From Rebecca billardiae RCC1528 (lineage: Eukaryota; Protista; Haptophyta): a DNA stretch of 64,000 nt. The notes under the pieces were generated by a model, which worked only from the letters and a program-made list of their open reading frames with translations, ran no database searches and was not told the origin of the DNA. Positions 1 through 11,024 of this stretch are shown here, piece after piece (positions within the stretch are counted from its first letter, which is position 1; each line of letters begins with the position of its first letter). Location of the stretch: the NCBI GenBank assembly GCA_965240325.2, contig OZ251228.1:1-64000 (forward strand), given 5' to 3'. A program made the translations under genes and the position numbers.

Positions 1-17
1 TTGACTGTAGCGAGTAT

Positions 18-72
<55 letters not shown>

Positions 73-251
73 CCCTAACCCTAACCCTAACCCTAACCCT
101 AACCCTAACCCTAACCCCTAACCCTAACCCTAACCCTAACCCTAACCCTAACCCTAACCCTAACCCTAACCCCTAACCCTAACACCCTAACCCTAACCCT
201 AACCCTAACCCTAACCCTAACCCTAACCCTAACCCTAACCCTAACCCTAAC

Positions 252-282
<31 letters not shown>

Positions 283-313
283 CCCTAACCCTAACCCTAA
301 CCCTAACCCTAAC

Positions 314-394
<81 letters not shown>

Positions 395-1032
395 CCCTAA
401 CCCTAACCCTAACCCCTAACCCTAACCCCTAACCCTAACCCTAACCCTAACCCTAACCCTAACCCTAACCCTAACCCTAACCCTAACCCTAACCCTAACC
501 CTAACCCTAACCCTAACCCTAACCCTAACCCTAACCCTAACCCTAACCCTAACCCTAACCCTAACCCTAACCCTAACCCCTAACCCTAACCCTAACCCTA
601 ACCCCTAACCCTAACCCTAACCCTAACCCTAACCCTAACCCTAACCCCTAACCCTAACCCCTAACCCTAACCCTAACCCTAACCCTAACCCTAACCCTAA
701 CCCTAACCCTAACCCTAACCCTAACCCTAACCCTAACCCTAACCCTAACCCTAACCCTAACCCTAACCCTAACCCTAACCCTAACCCTAACCCTAACCCT
801 AACCCTAACCCTAACCCTAACCCTAACCCTAACCCTAACCCTAACCCTAACCCTAACCCTAACCCTAACCCTAACCCTAACCCTAACCCTAACCCTAACC
901 CTAACCCTAACCCTAACCCTAACCCTAACCCTAACCCTAACCCTAACCCTAACCCTAACCCTAACCCTAACCCTAACCCTAACCCTAACCCTAACCCTAA
1001 CCCTAACCCTAACCCTAACCCTAACCCTAACC

Positions 1033-1070
<38 letters not shown>

Positions 1071-1392
1071 CTAACCCTAACCCTAACCCTAACCCTAACC
1101 CTAACCCTAACCCTAACCCCTAACCCTAACCCCTAACCCTAACCCTAACCCTAACCCTAACCCTAACCCTAACCCTAACCCCTAACCTAACCCTAACCCT
1201 AACCCTAACCCTAACCCTAACCCTAACCCTAACCCTAACCCCTAACCCTAACCCTAACCCTAACCCTAACCCTAACCCTAACCCTAACCCTAACCCTAAC
1301 CCTAACCCCTAACCCTAACCCTAACCCTAACCCTAACCCTAACCCTAACCCTAACCCTAACCCTAACCCTAACCCTAACCCTAACCCTAACC

Positions 1393-1433
<41 letters not shown>

Positions 1434-1527
1434 CCCCTAACCCCTAACCCTAACCCTAACCCTAACCCTAACCCTAACCCTAACCCTAACCCTAACCCTA
1501 ACCCTAACCCTAACCCTAACCCTAACC
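18..1527. repeat. Telomeric array (CCCTAA)n = (TTAGGG)n on the minus strand; left chromosome end
   Basis: About 1.5 kb of uninterrupted CCCTAA hexamers with sporadic CCCTAAA/CCCCTAA variants at the start of the sequence. Confidence 0.98.
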
Positions 1528-1531
1528 TCGT

Positions 1532-1581
1532 GGTTAGGGTTAGGGTCGTGGTTAGGGTTAGGGTTAGGGTGGTGGTTAGGG
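1532..1581 (+). repeat. Inverted (G-strand on +) variant telomeric tract
   Basis: GGTTAGGGTTAGGGTCGTGGTTAGGG... lies directly after the CCCTAA array, in opposite orientation. Confidence 0.9.
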
Positions 1582-1729
1582 TCGCCGGTACTAAAATGAG
1601 AATTTCTCGAGATTGACCGAACCGATTTCAACGAGACTTGGGCTCTGCCATGGAAATGGGAAGGGCTAGGGGCCCTCCAATTTTGAGGGGATTCGGCTCG
1701 GTCAATCTCGAGAAAACATACTTCTAACC
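1557..1729. repeat. Subtelomeric ~170-bp unit, copy 1, with internal 18-bp inverted repeat
   Basis: Near-identical to 2021-2192. TTTCTCGAGATTGACCGA (1603-1620) is the exact reverse complement of TCGGTCAATCTCGAGAAA (1698-1715). Confidence 0.9.
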
Positions 1730-1732
1730 TAA

Positions 1733-1860
1733 CAATGTACACTTCCGAATGTACAATGTACATTCCAAATGTACAATGTACACTTCCGAATGTACAATGT
1801 ACATTCCAAATGTACAATGTACATTCCAAATGTACAATGTACATTCCAAATGTACAATGT
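1733..1860. repeat. AT-rich 20/21-bp minisatellite (AATGTACAATGTACATTCCA)
   Basis: About 6 tandem copies, each with two TGTACA palindromes. Confidence 0.92.
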
Positions 1861-1861
1861 G

Positions 1862-2033
1862 AGGGTGAGGGTAAGGGTTAGGGCGCAGGTAAGGGTTAGG
1901 GCGCAGGTAAGGGTTAGGGCGCAGGTAAGGGTTAGGGCGCAGGTAAGGGTTAGGGCGCAGGTAAGGGTTAGGGCGCAGGTAAGGGTTAGGGCGCAGGTTA
2001 GGGTTAGGGCGCAGGTAAGGGTTAGGGTTAGGG
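1862..2033 (+). repeat. 18-bp telomere-variant minisatellite (TTAGGG-CGCAGG-TAAGGG)n
   Basis: About 8 tandem copies of GTTAGGGCGCAGGTAAGG. Confidence 0.93.
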
Positions 2034-2192
2034 TGGTGGTTAGGGTCGCCAGTACTAAAATGAGAATTTCTCGAGATTGAACGAACTGATTTCAACGAGA
2101 CTTGGGCTCTGCCATGGAAATGGGAGGGGCTAAGGGCCCTCCAATTTTGAGAGAATTTGGCTCGGTCAATCTCGAGAAAACATACTTCTAAC
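2021..2192. repeat. Subtelomeric ~170-bp unit, copy 2
   Basis: Direct repeat of 1557-1729 with a few substitutions. Confidence 0.9.
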
Positions 2193-3189
2193 CAGACTTT
2201 ATACATTGCTGTATCATATGGGGTTTTGTTCCTTGGAAACAAAGTGCGAGCGGCAGCCAGCGCTCGGGCCGAGCGCGCGGCAGGACTGGCCGACGCGCCG
2301 ACTGCGAGCGGCGCAGCCACCGTGGCAGCTTGGAAGGCGCAGCTCGAGAGCTGCCAAGCCGCACGAGAGCAAGGCACGAAGCACCATCGTGCAGAGGGCA
2401 TCGCGAAGATGCGGGCCGGAAACAGCTGCAGCCATCATGCCAGTGGGCACTTCCGAAGGGCGTTCGCTGCGAGTGAGCGAGAGGCACTGGACTGCGTCGG
2501 TTCGCTCGGCGCCTGATGATAAAACCCAGTTCACCAATTGGCCGTCCTGTGCCGCCGCCAACCTTGCCTATTTGCCTAAGGCCCAGGAGCATCACAGCGA
2601 GTAGGTTGTTCGGGGTCGTTGTGCGAGCGCACAGAGCAGGCTCGAAAGTCCTTCGTGGCACGAGAAGAGGGTGGCCAAGATGGCAGCCGGACTTGAGCTC
2701 GGCCGCCTGGCTCGGGCCGAATGGCAGGCAGGTGTTGATACGACGCATTGCGCTCCCACCGTCCTCTTAGACAATCATAGTTATTATTGTGCCAATAACC
2801 CCACATATATATTAATATATATGCATCATCAGCATATCGGATATTATAAAGTAGCTGCGGCTAGTGCCTAATGAGTAATGGTCAGGTGACTGTCACTCAG
2901 AACAACATCAATATATGCAGGTACGTACATCCCCATAATTATATTATTTACAAATGATGGGAATCCGAAGAAGGCTTTTTCAGTGATGGCGAAAATGGGT
3001 CTAATGCTGCGGAAACTCAAAGTCAAAGGGCTGCGTGGATGCGGGCGCAGACTCAGCGTCCGACTCGCCGTCGGAGTCGCCAGCGGCACCGCCGGCGCCG
3101 TCGTCGCCATCGTCGTCGGCACAATCGTCATCAGCGTCATCGCCGCCCGTCGCGGATGAGCTGCAGGTGGGGGAGGACTGCTGCTCGTT

Positions 3190-3451
3190 AAATATCCAAT
3201 TTTCGAGGTGGGCGTCGCACCCGGCGTGGACGGGTGAATAATCCGCTGCCCCCTCGCGTGCGATCAGCCCTGGGGGTGCCCTCGGCGGCGCACGCGGGCG
3301 CAGGCCATTATTCATTAGTATTCAGCCGGCGCGCGCCGCACCGCGCCTGCGGCGGCCAGCCTGGCGGTTATAAAAATCCGATTTTCGAGCAGAGCGTCGC
3401 ACCCGGCGTGGACGGATGAATAATGCGCTGCCCCCTCGCGTGCGATCAGCC
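3190..3451. repeat. Tandem duplicated ~80-bp segment
   Basis: GCGTCGCACCCGGCGTGGACG(G/A)TGAATAAT(C/G)CGCTGCCCCCTCGCGTGCGATCAGCC at ~3212-3269 and ~3394-3451. Confidence 0.85.
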
Positions 3452-4039
3452 ATGCAGCGAGGTGGAGCAGCTTCCGCATCGCCGTCAGCTGAAGTCTCAC
3501 GCGAACCGCCGCGTAGGCACGCCCCAGCCACCACAGCTGGCGAGCCGACCGTGGGCGCGCGCCGCGCTGCGAACTGGCGCGCCTAGCGCGGGATGACGCA
3601 CGTGGACACGCCCGACTGACGTCTCGACCGCCACGCGCCACGGCAACGGACGGCCGCTCCCTCGAAGCGAGGCGCGTGCGCGAGCAGCGGCACCCAGCAG
3701 CGTGCGCAGCACGGCAGTGATGGCGCGCAGTGGAGGCAGCTCTGACGAGGTGTAAGATGGGGGTGCGGGGGCGGGGGCGGGCTGGGCCGGTGCGTTGCGC
3801 TGGACACGACCGCTGCTCGCCGCCGCGATGATCGCGCTCGACAGTGCTTCGACAGTGCTCGTCGCGGCCGCCGCTGCAAGGCGCGCCCGCTCCTTCGACG
3901 TGAGGCGCGCGCGCGCCCGGCCGCACCGCAGTGGGACGGCCGTGCGCAGATGAGCTGGCGCTCACGCGCAATGAGGAGCGCCCTGATGCTTGCCGCGCGC
4001 TCACTACGCGGCCCACCAGGCGCAGGCTTGACGGAGGGT

Positions 4040-4290
4040 AAGATGGGGGGCCGGGGCGGGGGCAGCATCGACCGGTGCGAGGCGCTGGGCCGGCTGCGGC
4101 GCTCCACATCCGCAGCGCCCGGCCGCGCGGCCCGCCTCCCCGGCGCGGCCCAGCCAGCAGCGCTCGGCGGTAGCTGCCACAGCAGCAGCACCCGGCAGGC
4201 GCCGCCGCGCGCGCCGCGCGATCTGCCCGGGCACGGAGCGGTAGCCTCGGTGCCGCAGGAGCGTGCGCGGCGGGGCGAGGGCTCACGCGA
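4040..4290. repeat. Degenerate dispersed subtelomeric repeat (paralog at ~9187-9410; shorter related motifs at ~3755 and ~5688)
   Basis: Shared AAGATGGGGGG..GGGGCGGGGGCAGC..GACC..GCGAGGCGCTGGGCCGGCTGCGG.GCTCCAC and downstream GCCTCGGTGC.GCAGGAGCG. Confidence 0.75.
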
Positions 4291-6427
4291 CAAGTTCCAC
4301 CGCGCAAGAGCCGTGCAATCGGCAGCCGTGACGCGTCGCCAGGCGCGGCCGCGCTCCCTCCCTGACTGGGCAGCCCTTCTGCACGCTGTGATGCCCTCGC
4401 GGGCGTGGCCCGTTCACCCACCAACTCGGCCATCCAAGGGGCCAGATTGCCCGCGCACAGCCATGCTGTGCTGCGCCACGCGAAGCGCAACAGCACCTAG
4501 CCAGCCACAACGGCACAAGCCAGCTGCAGGTTTAGCAGAGAGAGGTGGCATATCACTCACACTGGCATTGCCACCTCTCTCGGCTGCAGTTGCTGAGTGG
4601 TCCGCGGGACACTCGCAGGCCGCGCTGCGACAGAGACCACAAATGGCGGTGGTGTGGCGACGCGGGCGATGGCTGCTGATTCGACGGTGTGCACAAAGCA
4701 TCAGCCAAAGCTCGTCGATAGACGCCCGCCATCGCCGCCTGCCCGAACCGCCCGGCGCGGCTTTCGGACGGCCCGCGCCGCTCGCCGGAGGCAGGTCGGA
4801 TGGCGAGTGAGACGGGGCTGGGACAGATACGCACCTTGGGCTCGTGCGAGGCGCAGGGGCGGATACGGCGCTCCACGTACGCGCCTCCAGGCGCACGACC
4901 GCCTCGTCCGACGCGGGCTCGCGCCCATCTTGCGCCGCGGGATGCAGACTCGTGGGGAGAGGCCATGCTGATTCGCGCGCAGCCGCGACCAACGGTCGTC
5001 GGTGACGACTGACGTCGCGAAAAAAAGATTACCAACGCCGATATTCCAGGCGAGGGAATTCATCAGGGAAAAGTCAACTGGGCCTCGGAAGCCAGCATGG
5101 CGGCGCCGCTTCCCGGCCGTCCGTCGGAGGGCGGCTCTCGTGCGCGTCGCGTGCGCGCGCACGGCGGCCCAGTGGTGCGCGAGAGGATCCACGCGCCGTC
5201 GAAGCACGCGCCCGGAGCGCCTCGGTCAGCTCACCACGTCCCACGCGCTGCCATCGCGACAGTGCGCGGCGGCGCGAGCGCACCGCCACTCCCCTCGCTC
5301 GGCCGCGCGCGGCCGCGCGGGTGCACTGCCGAGCGGTCGAGCGCGCGTACTGGGGGGATGCACTCGCGTTTCCGTCGCTTGCACGACGCCGCACAGTGCG
5401 CGGTGCCCGTCAGCAACGCGTGAACAGCTGCCAAGTCTGCGCGCAGAGCTCGGCCGCGGCGTGCGCGGCCGTTCAACATGTAGACTGCTCTTCTGCTGCT
5501 CTCCACTGCCGACCCGCGCTGACCGCGCTCGGGTGTGCTCGTCTCGATCACCACGTGCACGCGTGCCTGTAAGGGGCGGCCGCGCCTTCGACGTGAGGGG
5601 CGTGCGCGACCAGCGGCATGCAGCAGCTGCGCGTAGGCCGCTCGGGGCCGTGATGGCGCGCACCAGAGGCAGCTCGGACGAGGTGGAGGATGGGGGCGCG
5701 GGGGCGGGGGCAAGCTCAGATAGTGCGCGGCGCCAGCCACGTACGCGGCGCGCTCCCGCCACGCCGCCGCCGAGCAGCACGCGCTGCGGTCGCCCGGCTG
5801 GCTCGCACCGCCCCACGCGCGGCCGTCGCGCCCGCGCGGGCGCGCGATGGACAGCCCGCGACGGCAGCGCGCGCTGCCCCAGGCCCAGCATCGGTGGCTC
5901 GAGGTCGTCGCGTGCGCCCTCGTGCGGGTAGCCCGGGGGGGCCCACGCCTCGCGCTCGGCTTGACCGCCGCGTGCTGCGCCGCGGCTCATCGTACCTCGC
6001 CGGCCGGAAGGCAGAGGCCAGCAGCTGCCGCGTGGTCGGCACGCCGTGCGCAGGGTGCACGGCAACTGGCGACTATACTACAAATGGCGGCGGCGGGCGC
6101 GGGTGCGGGCGAAGGCTGCTTGGCTAGACTACGCACACGGCGCGGCCAAGGCTCGCCAGCAGACGCCCGTCGTCGCTCGTCCGCCGCCCAACCCGCCATC
6201 CCCCGAGGCCGTCCGACTGCACGCGCTGAGGGCGGCCGGGCTGCCGGCCGGACCGAGCACTGGTGCTGAGTCTCACGCTGGCGCGGTGGCACAGGGGCTG
6301 GCCGTGTGACGTATGCCTCCAAGACGCATGCCTTCGCGTCTGGCACCGGAGGGCGCGCACGCGCCGAGCCCTGCGTGCTCGCCGCCGGCACGCGCAGGCG
6401 CTGGATCGACAAACCCGTGCGCAGTGC

Positions 6428-6745
6428 GCACGTGTGGCCGTTAGGCGGCCCTGCTGGCCTCCTGGTGTGCTCGAAGCCGCTCGGGCGGCGGATCAGCGCT
6501 AGCGGGCCGTACGTGCGCGGCGCGGCCCGCTCCGCAGGCTTGGAGGCGGCCTACTCGACCTAAATTGGACATCCAGCCCATCACCTGGGGTCTGCGCCCG
6601 CCCCCAGAGGCACCGCAGCGCCCTCGTGTGGCCGGTTGGCGGCCCGGCTGGCCTCCAGGCGTGCTCGGACCTTCTCGGGCGGCGGTTGAGGCGGATCAGC
6701 GCTACCTGGCAGTACGTGCGCGGCGCGGTCGGTTCCTCGCGCTTG
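6428..6745. repeat. Degenerate tandem duplication (~190-bp period)
   Basis: CGTGTGGCCG..GGCGGCCC.GCTGGCCTCC.GG.GTGCTCG..GGCGGATCAGCGCTA..GTACGTGCGCGGCGCGG occurs twice. Confidence 0.7.
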
Positions 6746-8547
6746 GAGACCCCGAGTGAGCGGCAACCGCAAGGGCACTCCCAAAGACCAGCGTGATGGC
6801 CTGCCACAATGAGTGAGATCAGCTGCTGACGACTGGAGCCAGCAAGGCCACTCACGCACCGCTCTCACCTCTGCCCGGTGGTTCGGAGCCGCCCGACACA
6901 CATGCTCGACGGCCAGCGAGCGCTCGCCCGAGAGCGGGCCCTGCGCGACGACGACCGTCCCTACGCACCAATTTGATATATCCCCTCTTAGACCACAGTG
7001 TCTAACGAGAACTTTAGTCGGGCCAACCGTCGGCGGCCCTTGGCAACATGGCCATTGACGGCCGGTAGAGGCCGGCAGTAAGGCAGGATCCAGGCGGAGG
7101 CTCTCACCAGAGTTGGCGGCGCCGCGCGCGCCGCGCGCGCGCGCAAGGAGAGACACCATTCGGATCGTAGCTGGCAGCCAAGGGCCCAGTAGGCAGCCGA
7201 ACGCGTGAGGCCTCGGAGAGAGGTAGCTGGCAAATGGAACATCCAGGACGTACAAACGTACACGGATGCAGCCGTACGGGCAATACGTATGATGCAGAGG
7301 TACACTGTCGCGCGACAGGAAGAGTGTGAAGTACGATCAGTCATCGCCGCCGCGCGCGCGCGCGCGCGCCAGTGCAGAAGGGAGAGGACAGGCGGAGCCG
7401 GGACCAAACGCGGAGCCCACGAAGGCAGAGGCTCGTGCGACACACGAGGATCACACGCCGCACGAGGACCGTGGCCGGGTGCGGCCCCCGAGCAGCGGGC
7501 AGAGGCGACCTATCGACGGTCGCCACACCGAGTGGCAGCCATTTCGTCCTGCGGCGAAGTCTTGCGGCCGGGCGCGCCTCCTGCGCCGCGCCCCTGGCGC
7601 GGAGCGTGGACGGGCGCAGGTTTGCGCCTCGCGCCGGCGCATCTTGGGCTCAAGCCCGTCGAAGAGCACGTGTTTGCGTCGCGCTTCGAAGGAGGGGGTT
7701 GGCAGCTCTTGTGGAGGAGGGCTCGGCGCAAGTCGAGCAAGGGTCGCCTCCTTCCACAGGAATCAAAGCTCTTTCCCGCCCACCCGCCCGCACGCATTTA
7801 TTTTCGTTGTTACGGGATTCCATCAACCCGAATAAACAGGGCAGCGGTGCTTCTTTTCCGGCGAGCAAGCCGAGCCTGTTGAAGCCAATGAAAACGGCTT
7901 CAACAACCATCCTTGTTAACCAACGGACCGACGACAATTGGGGAATCGTTGTCTGTTGCCCAAGGTATCCACAGTCAGTGGGTCCCTGGCAAAAGACAAT
8001 GACGAACAAGCATATACTATCGCTTACTTCAGCGGTGACCATGGAGTCCGACTCTGCCCCAAAGAAAGCGGACGAATCATCGGATGGAACATTGCTGGTT
8101 CGGCATCAACATCAATATCAAGACTAGACCGCCCACAAGTTCAGAGACACTGTAACTTGCTTGAACAAACATTGGGCTCACCAATCGACCACTCCCGCGA
8201 AGCCGAGGTCAAATGTACAAACGTTGATGAACCTCGTCTCGCGGTGAGCCTCTGCTTTCTGCTTGCTCGCGTAAGGAGATGGCGGAGGCAAAGCCACTAA
8301 CAATAACAAGGGCGCTCGGGCTGAAAGGCCCGGGCGTCCGCCCCCACACTCGTTCCGGTCGGGGGCCGCACATTAAAGCAAGGACGCAGTGGGGGGAGCG
8401 GGAACTTAGGCGCGCGCGCGCGCGCGCGCGGTAGTTTGCCAGCTGAGGACTAGCAGTGTTATTCTATCCGACTAAATAACTGCCACTCGCCCGGGCCCCG
8501 CCGAGCGCGCGCGGCCGGTATGTGACCAAAGCGAGGCCACACACGCC

Positions 8548-8812
8548 GCCGCTCTCACCTCTACCCGGCGGTTCGGAGCCGCCCAGTACATATGCTCGAC
8601 GGCCAGCGAGCGCTCGCTCGAGAGCGGGCCCTGCGTGACCGCCTCCTTGCGCACGTGTTTGCTCTCACACTCACTCGCCGGCCACGCCGAGCGCGCGCGC
8701 TGCGGCCTGTATGTAGTGACCAGAGCCAAGCAGCCACGCACGCGCGGCTCTCACCTCTACCCGGCGGTTCGGAGCCGCCCAGCACATATGCTCGACGGCC
8801 AGCGAGCGCTCA
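8548..8812. repeat. Subtelomeric repeat family, copies at ~6860-6948, ~8550-8640 and ~8748-8812
   Basis: GCTCTCACCTCT(A/G)CCCGG(C/T)GGTTCGGAGCCGCCC...ATGCTCGACGGCCAGCGAGCGCTC occurs three times. Confidence 0.88.
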
Positions 8813-9529
8813 CGTGGCATCCCGCACCGGACCGCCGGCAGCTGCCGTCGAGTGTGGCAACGCACCGCCGGTGCAGGCAGCGTGGGCGTGGGCGCGCATG
8901 GGTCGGCCCGTCTCCGTATAGCACACCAGTGCCGCGCGCCAACCCCTCGCTTCTCATGCGCCGAGCGCGACGCCAGTCGACCGCCAGCCACCACGCACCT
9001 GCGCACCCGGCCACGCGCCCTTCACCGCATCCGCCGCGTGCCCTGCTGCTGCGCGTGCTTGGCATGCGCGGCGGGGGCAACCACCAGTCGGTCGGCGTTG
9101 GCCATCCAGCTCGCGCGCGCTCGGCGCGCCGCACTCGATTGCCGCTCACTATTCGCGCACCAGCAGGCGCAGTTTGGACGAAGAGCAAGATGGGGGGGCG
9201 GGGCGGGGGCAGCTTGGACCAGGGCGAGGCGCTGGGCCGGCTGCGGAGCTCCACGCCCGCAGCTTGGACCTGGCGTGCGCTTTGCATCGGGCCACTGAGC
9301 AGCACTTTGCGGGCGCCGCCGCGCGCGCGGAGCGCTCCGCTCGAGCGAGGCGCGGTCGTGGCAGCCTCGGTGCAGCAGGAGCGCGCGCGACTGAACGCGG
9401 GCTCACAAGTCCCAAAGGGCGAGAGCAGTGCCATCGGCAGCCCAAATGCGCTGCTCGGGGCTGCTGCTGCGCACTGCGCTCACACTCGTGCTGGGCCGCC
9501 CTCACCGCATGCGGGGATGCCCCAGCGGC

Positions 9530-10720
9530 CGCTGGATGGATCGGCGGGCTCTAGACGCGTTCCGGCCGACCAAGCCAACCGCCGTGACGGTTTCAGCCAC
9601 GCCGCCAGTCACACCAGTCAGAGCGGCCTCTGCGTCGCCGCCGACTGAAGCCACACGCGCACCGCCGCGCGGTCGCGCCCGCCACCACCGCCCGCGAGCC
9701 AACCGCGCGGGCGCGCCGTGCTGCGTATCAGTGCGCCAGAGCGGGATGAAGCGCGGGTGGATCGGCCTCTGGAGGCGCGCTCCGACCGACCGCGCTGACG
9801 CCCTCGAGGGTCAGCCACGCCGCTTGTCAGAGCGGACGCCGCCTCGCTGCGAACGGGGGCCTCACGTACACGGCTGCGCGGTCGCAGCGCCCAACCACAG
9901 CCGGCGAGCCGAGCGCGGGCGCGCGCCGCGCTGCGAATGAGTGCAACAAAGAGCAAGCGACTTGAAGCTCCGGGTGGATCAGCCTCTCGAGACGCGTTCC
10001 GACCGACGGAGCCGACCCCCTCAGACGGTCAGCCACGCTTCTTGTCAGGGCGGACGCTGCATCGCCGTCAGCTGAGGCCTCATCACGCCAACGGCCGCGC
10101 GGTCGCTGCATCCATCCGCCGCCCGCGAGCCGACCGCGGGCGCGCGCCGCGCTGCGAATCAGTACATGCACGCCAAATAAGCGAGTTGAAGCGCCGCGCG
10201 GTGGATCAGCCTCTAGAGACGCGTTCCGACCGACCGAGCCGACCCCCTGGCGACGGTCAGCCACGCCGCCGGTTAGAGCGGCGGACGCCGCCTCGCCACG
10301 AACTGATGACTACGAGGCCTCACGCGCACGGCCGCGCGGTCGCAGCATCCCGGAAGGCGGAACCACCGCTGTCGAGCCGACCGCGTGAGCGCCGCGCTGC
10401 GTGCGAATCCCGGATCACCGGCAGCAGAGTGCTGTCTCAGAGAGTGCACGTCACGACTACTACCGCAAAGCTAGCGCGAGTTCCGAGATTGGCGCCGCGG
10501 CGGCCCGGGTGGATCAGTCTCGATCCCGAACGAAAGACGCGTTCCGACCAGACCGAGCCGACCCCCTCGACGGTCGTCGGTCCGACGGTCAGCCACGCCG
10601 CTTGTCAGAGCGGACTCCGCCTCGCCGCGTAACTGACGCGAGGTCTCACGCGAACGCCGGCCGCGCGGTTATAGCAGCATCCGCAACCACCGCCGCCAAG
10701 CGCGGCTCTTGGCAAGAGCC
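9530..10720. repeat. Degenerate ~220-bp tandem satellite (~5 copies; related orphan at ~3470-3575)
   Basis: Recurring GGTGGATCAGCCTCT.GAGACGCGTTCCGACCGAC...GACGGTCAGCCACGCCGC..GTCAGAGCGGAC...CGCGCCGCGCTGCGAAT at ~9535, 9756, 9974, 10200 and 10508. Confidence 0.85.
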
Positions 10721-11024
10721 GCGAACGCGCCGGGTCCCGGGCAGGGGGCTGGCAGGGCGCGCGCCGGCGGCTGCGGCGGCTGAATCGTCAGCGCGCTGCC
10801 AGACGTCGAGTGAGTGAGACGAGATGATAACTACTACGACTATACGCGCGATGACGACGCCGCGACTGATGCTGACGATGATATGAGTAGTAATATATAC
10901 GACTACGACTCGATACTGCTAGCCTGCACGCCCTGGCTCCGGACCGAGTAGTCGTCCAGTACTCAGTTACTAGTAGCCGATGAGTAGGCGCGGTCCATCG
11001 GCGGCCGGAGGACTCACGCGCGGG

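Noticed and set aside
1-17. Non-telomeric bases outside the telomere
   Set aside because: Most likely adapter residue or poor end consensus; cannot be supported as biological.
18-1527. CCCTAAA/CCCCTAA variants as a mixed telomerase template
   Set aside because: Sporadic one-base homopolymer differences cannot be distinguished from sequencing error or slippage.
1437-2401. ORFs with VRVRVR, PNPYLR and MYIVH repeats
   Set aside because: Translations of telomeric and minisatellite repeats.
2200-10900. Many 60-390 aa ORFs
   Set aside because: No domain motifs or gene-like codon bias; long ORFs are expected by chance at this GC content.
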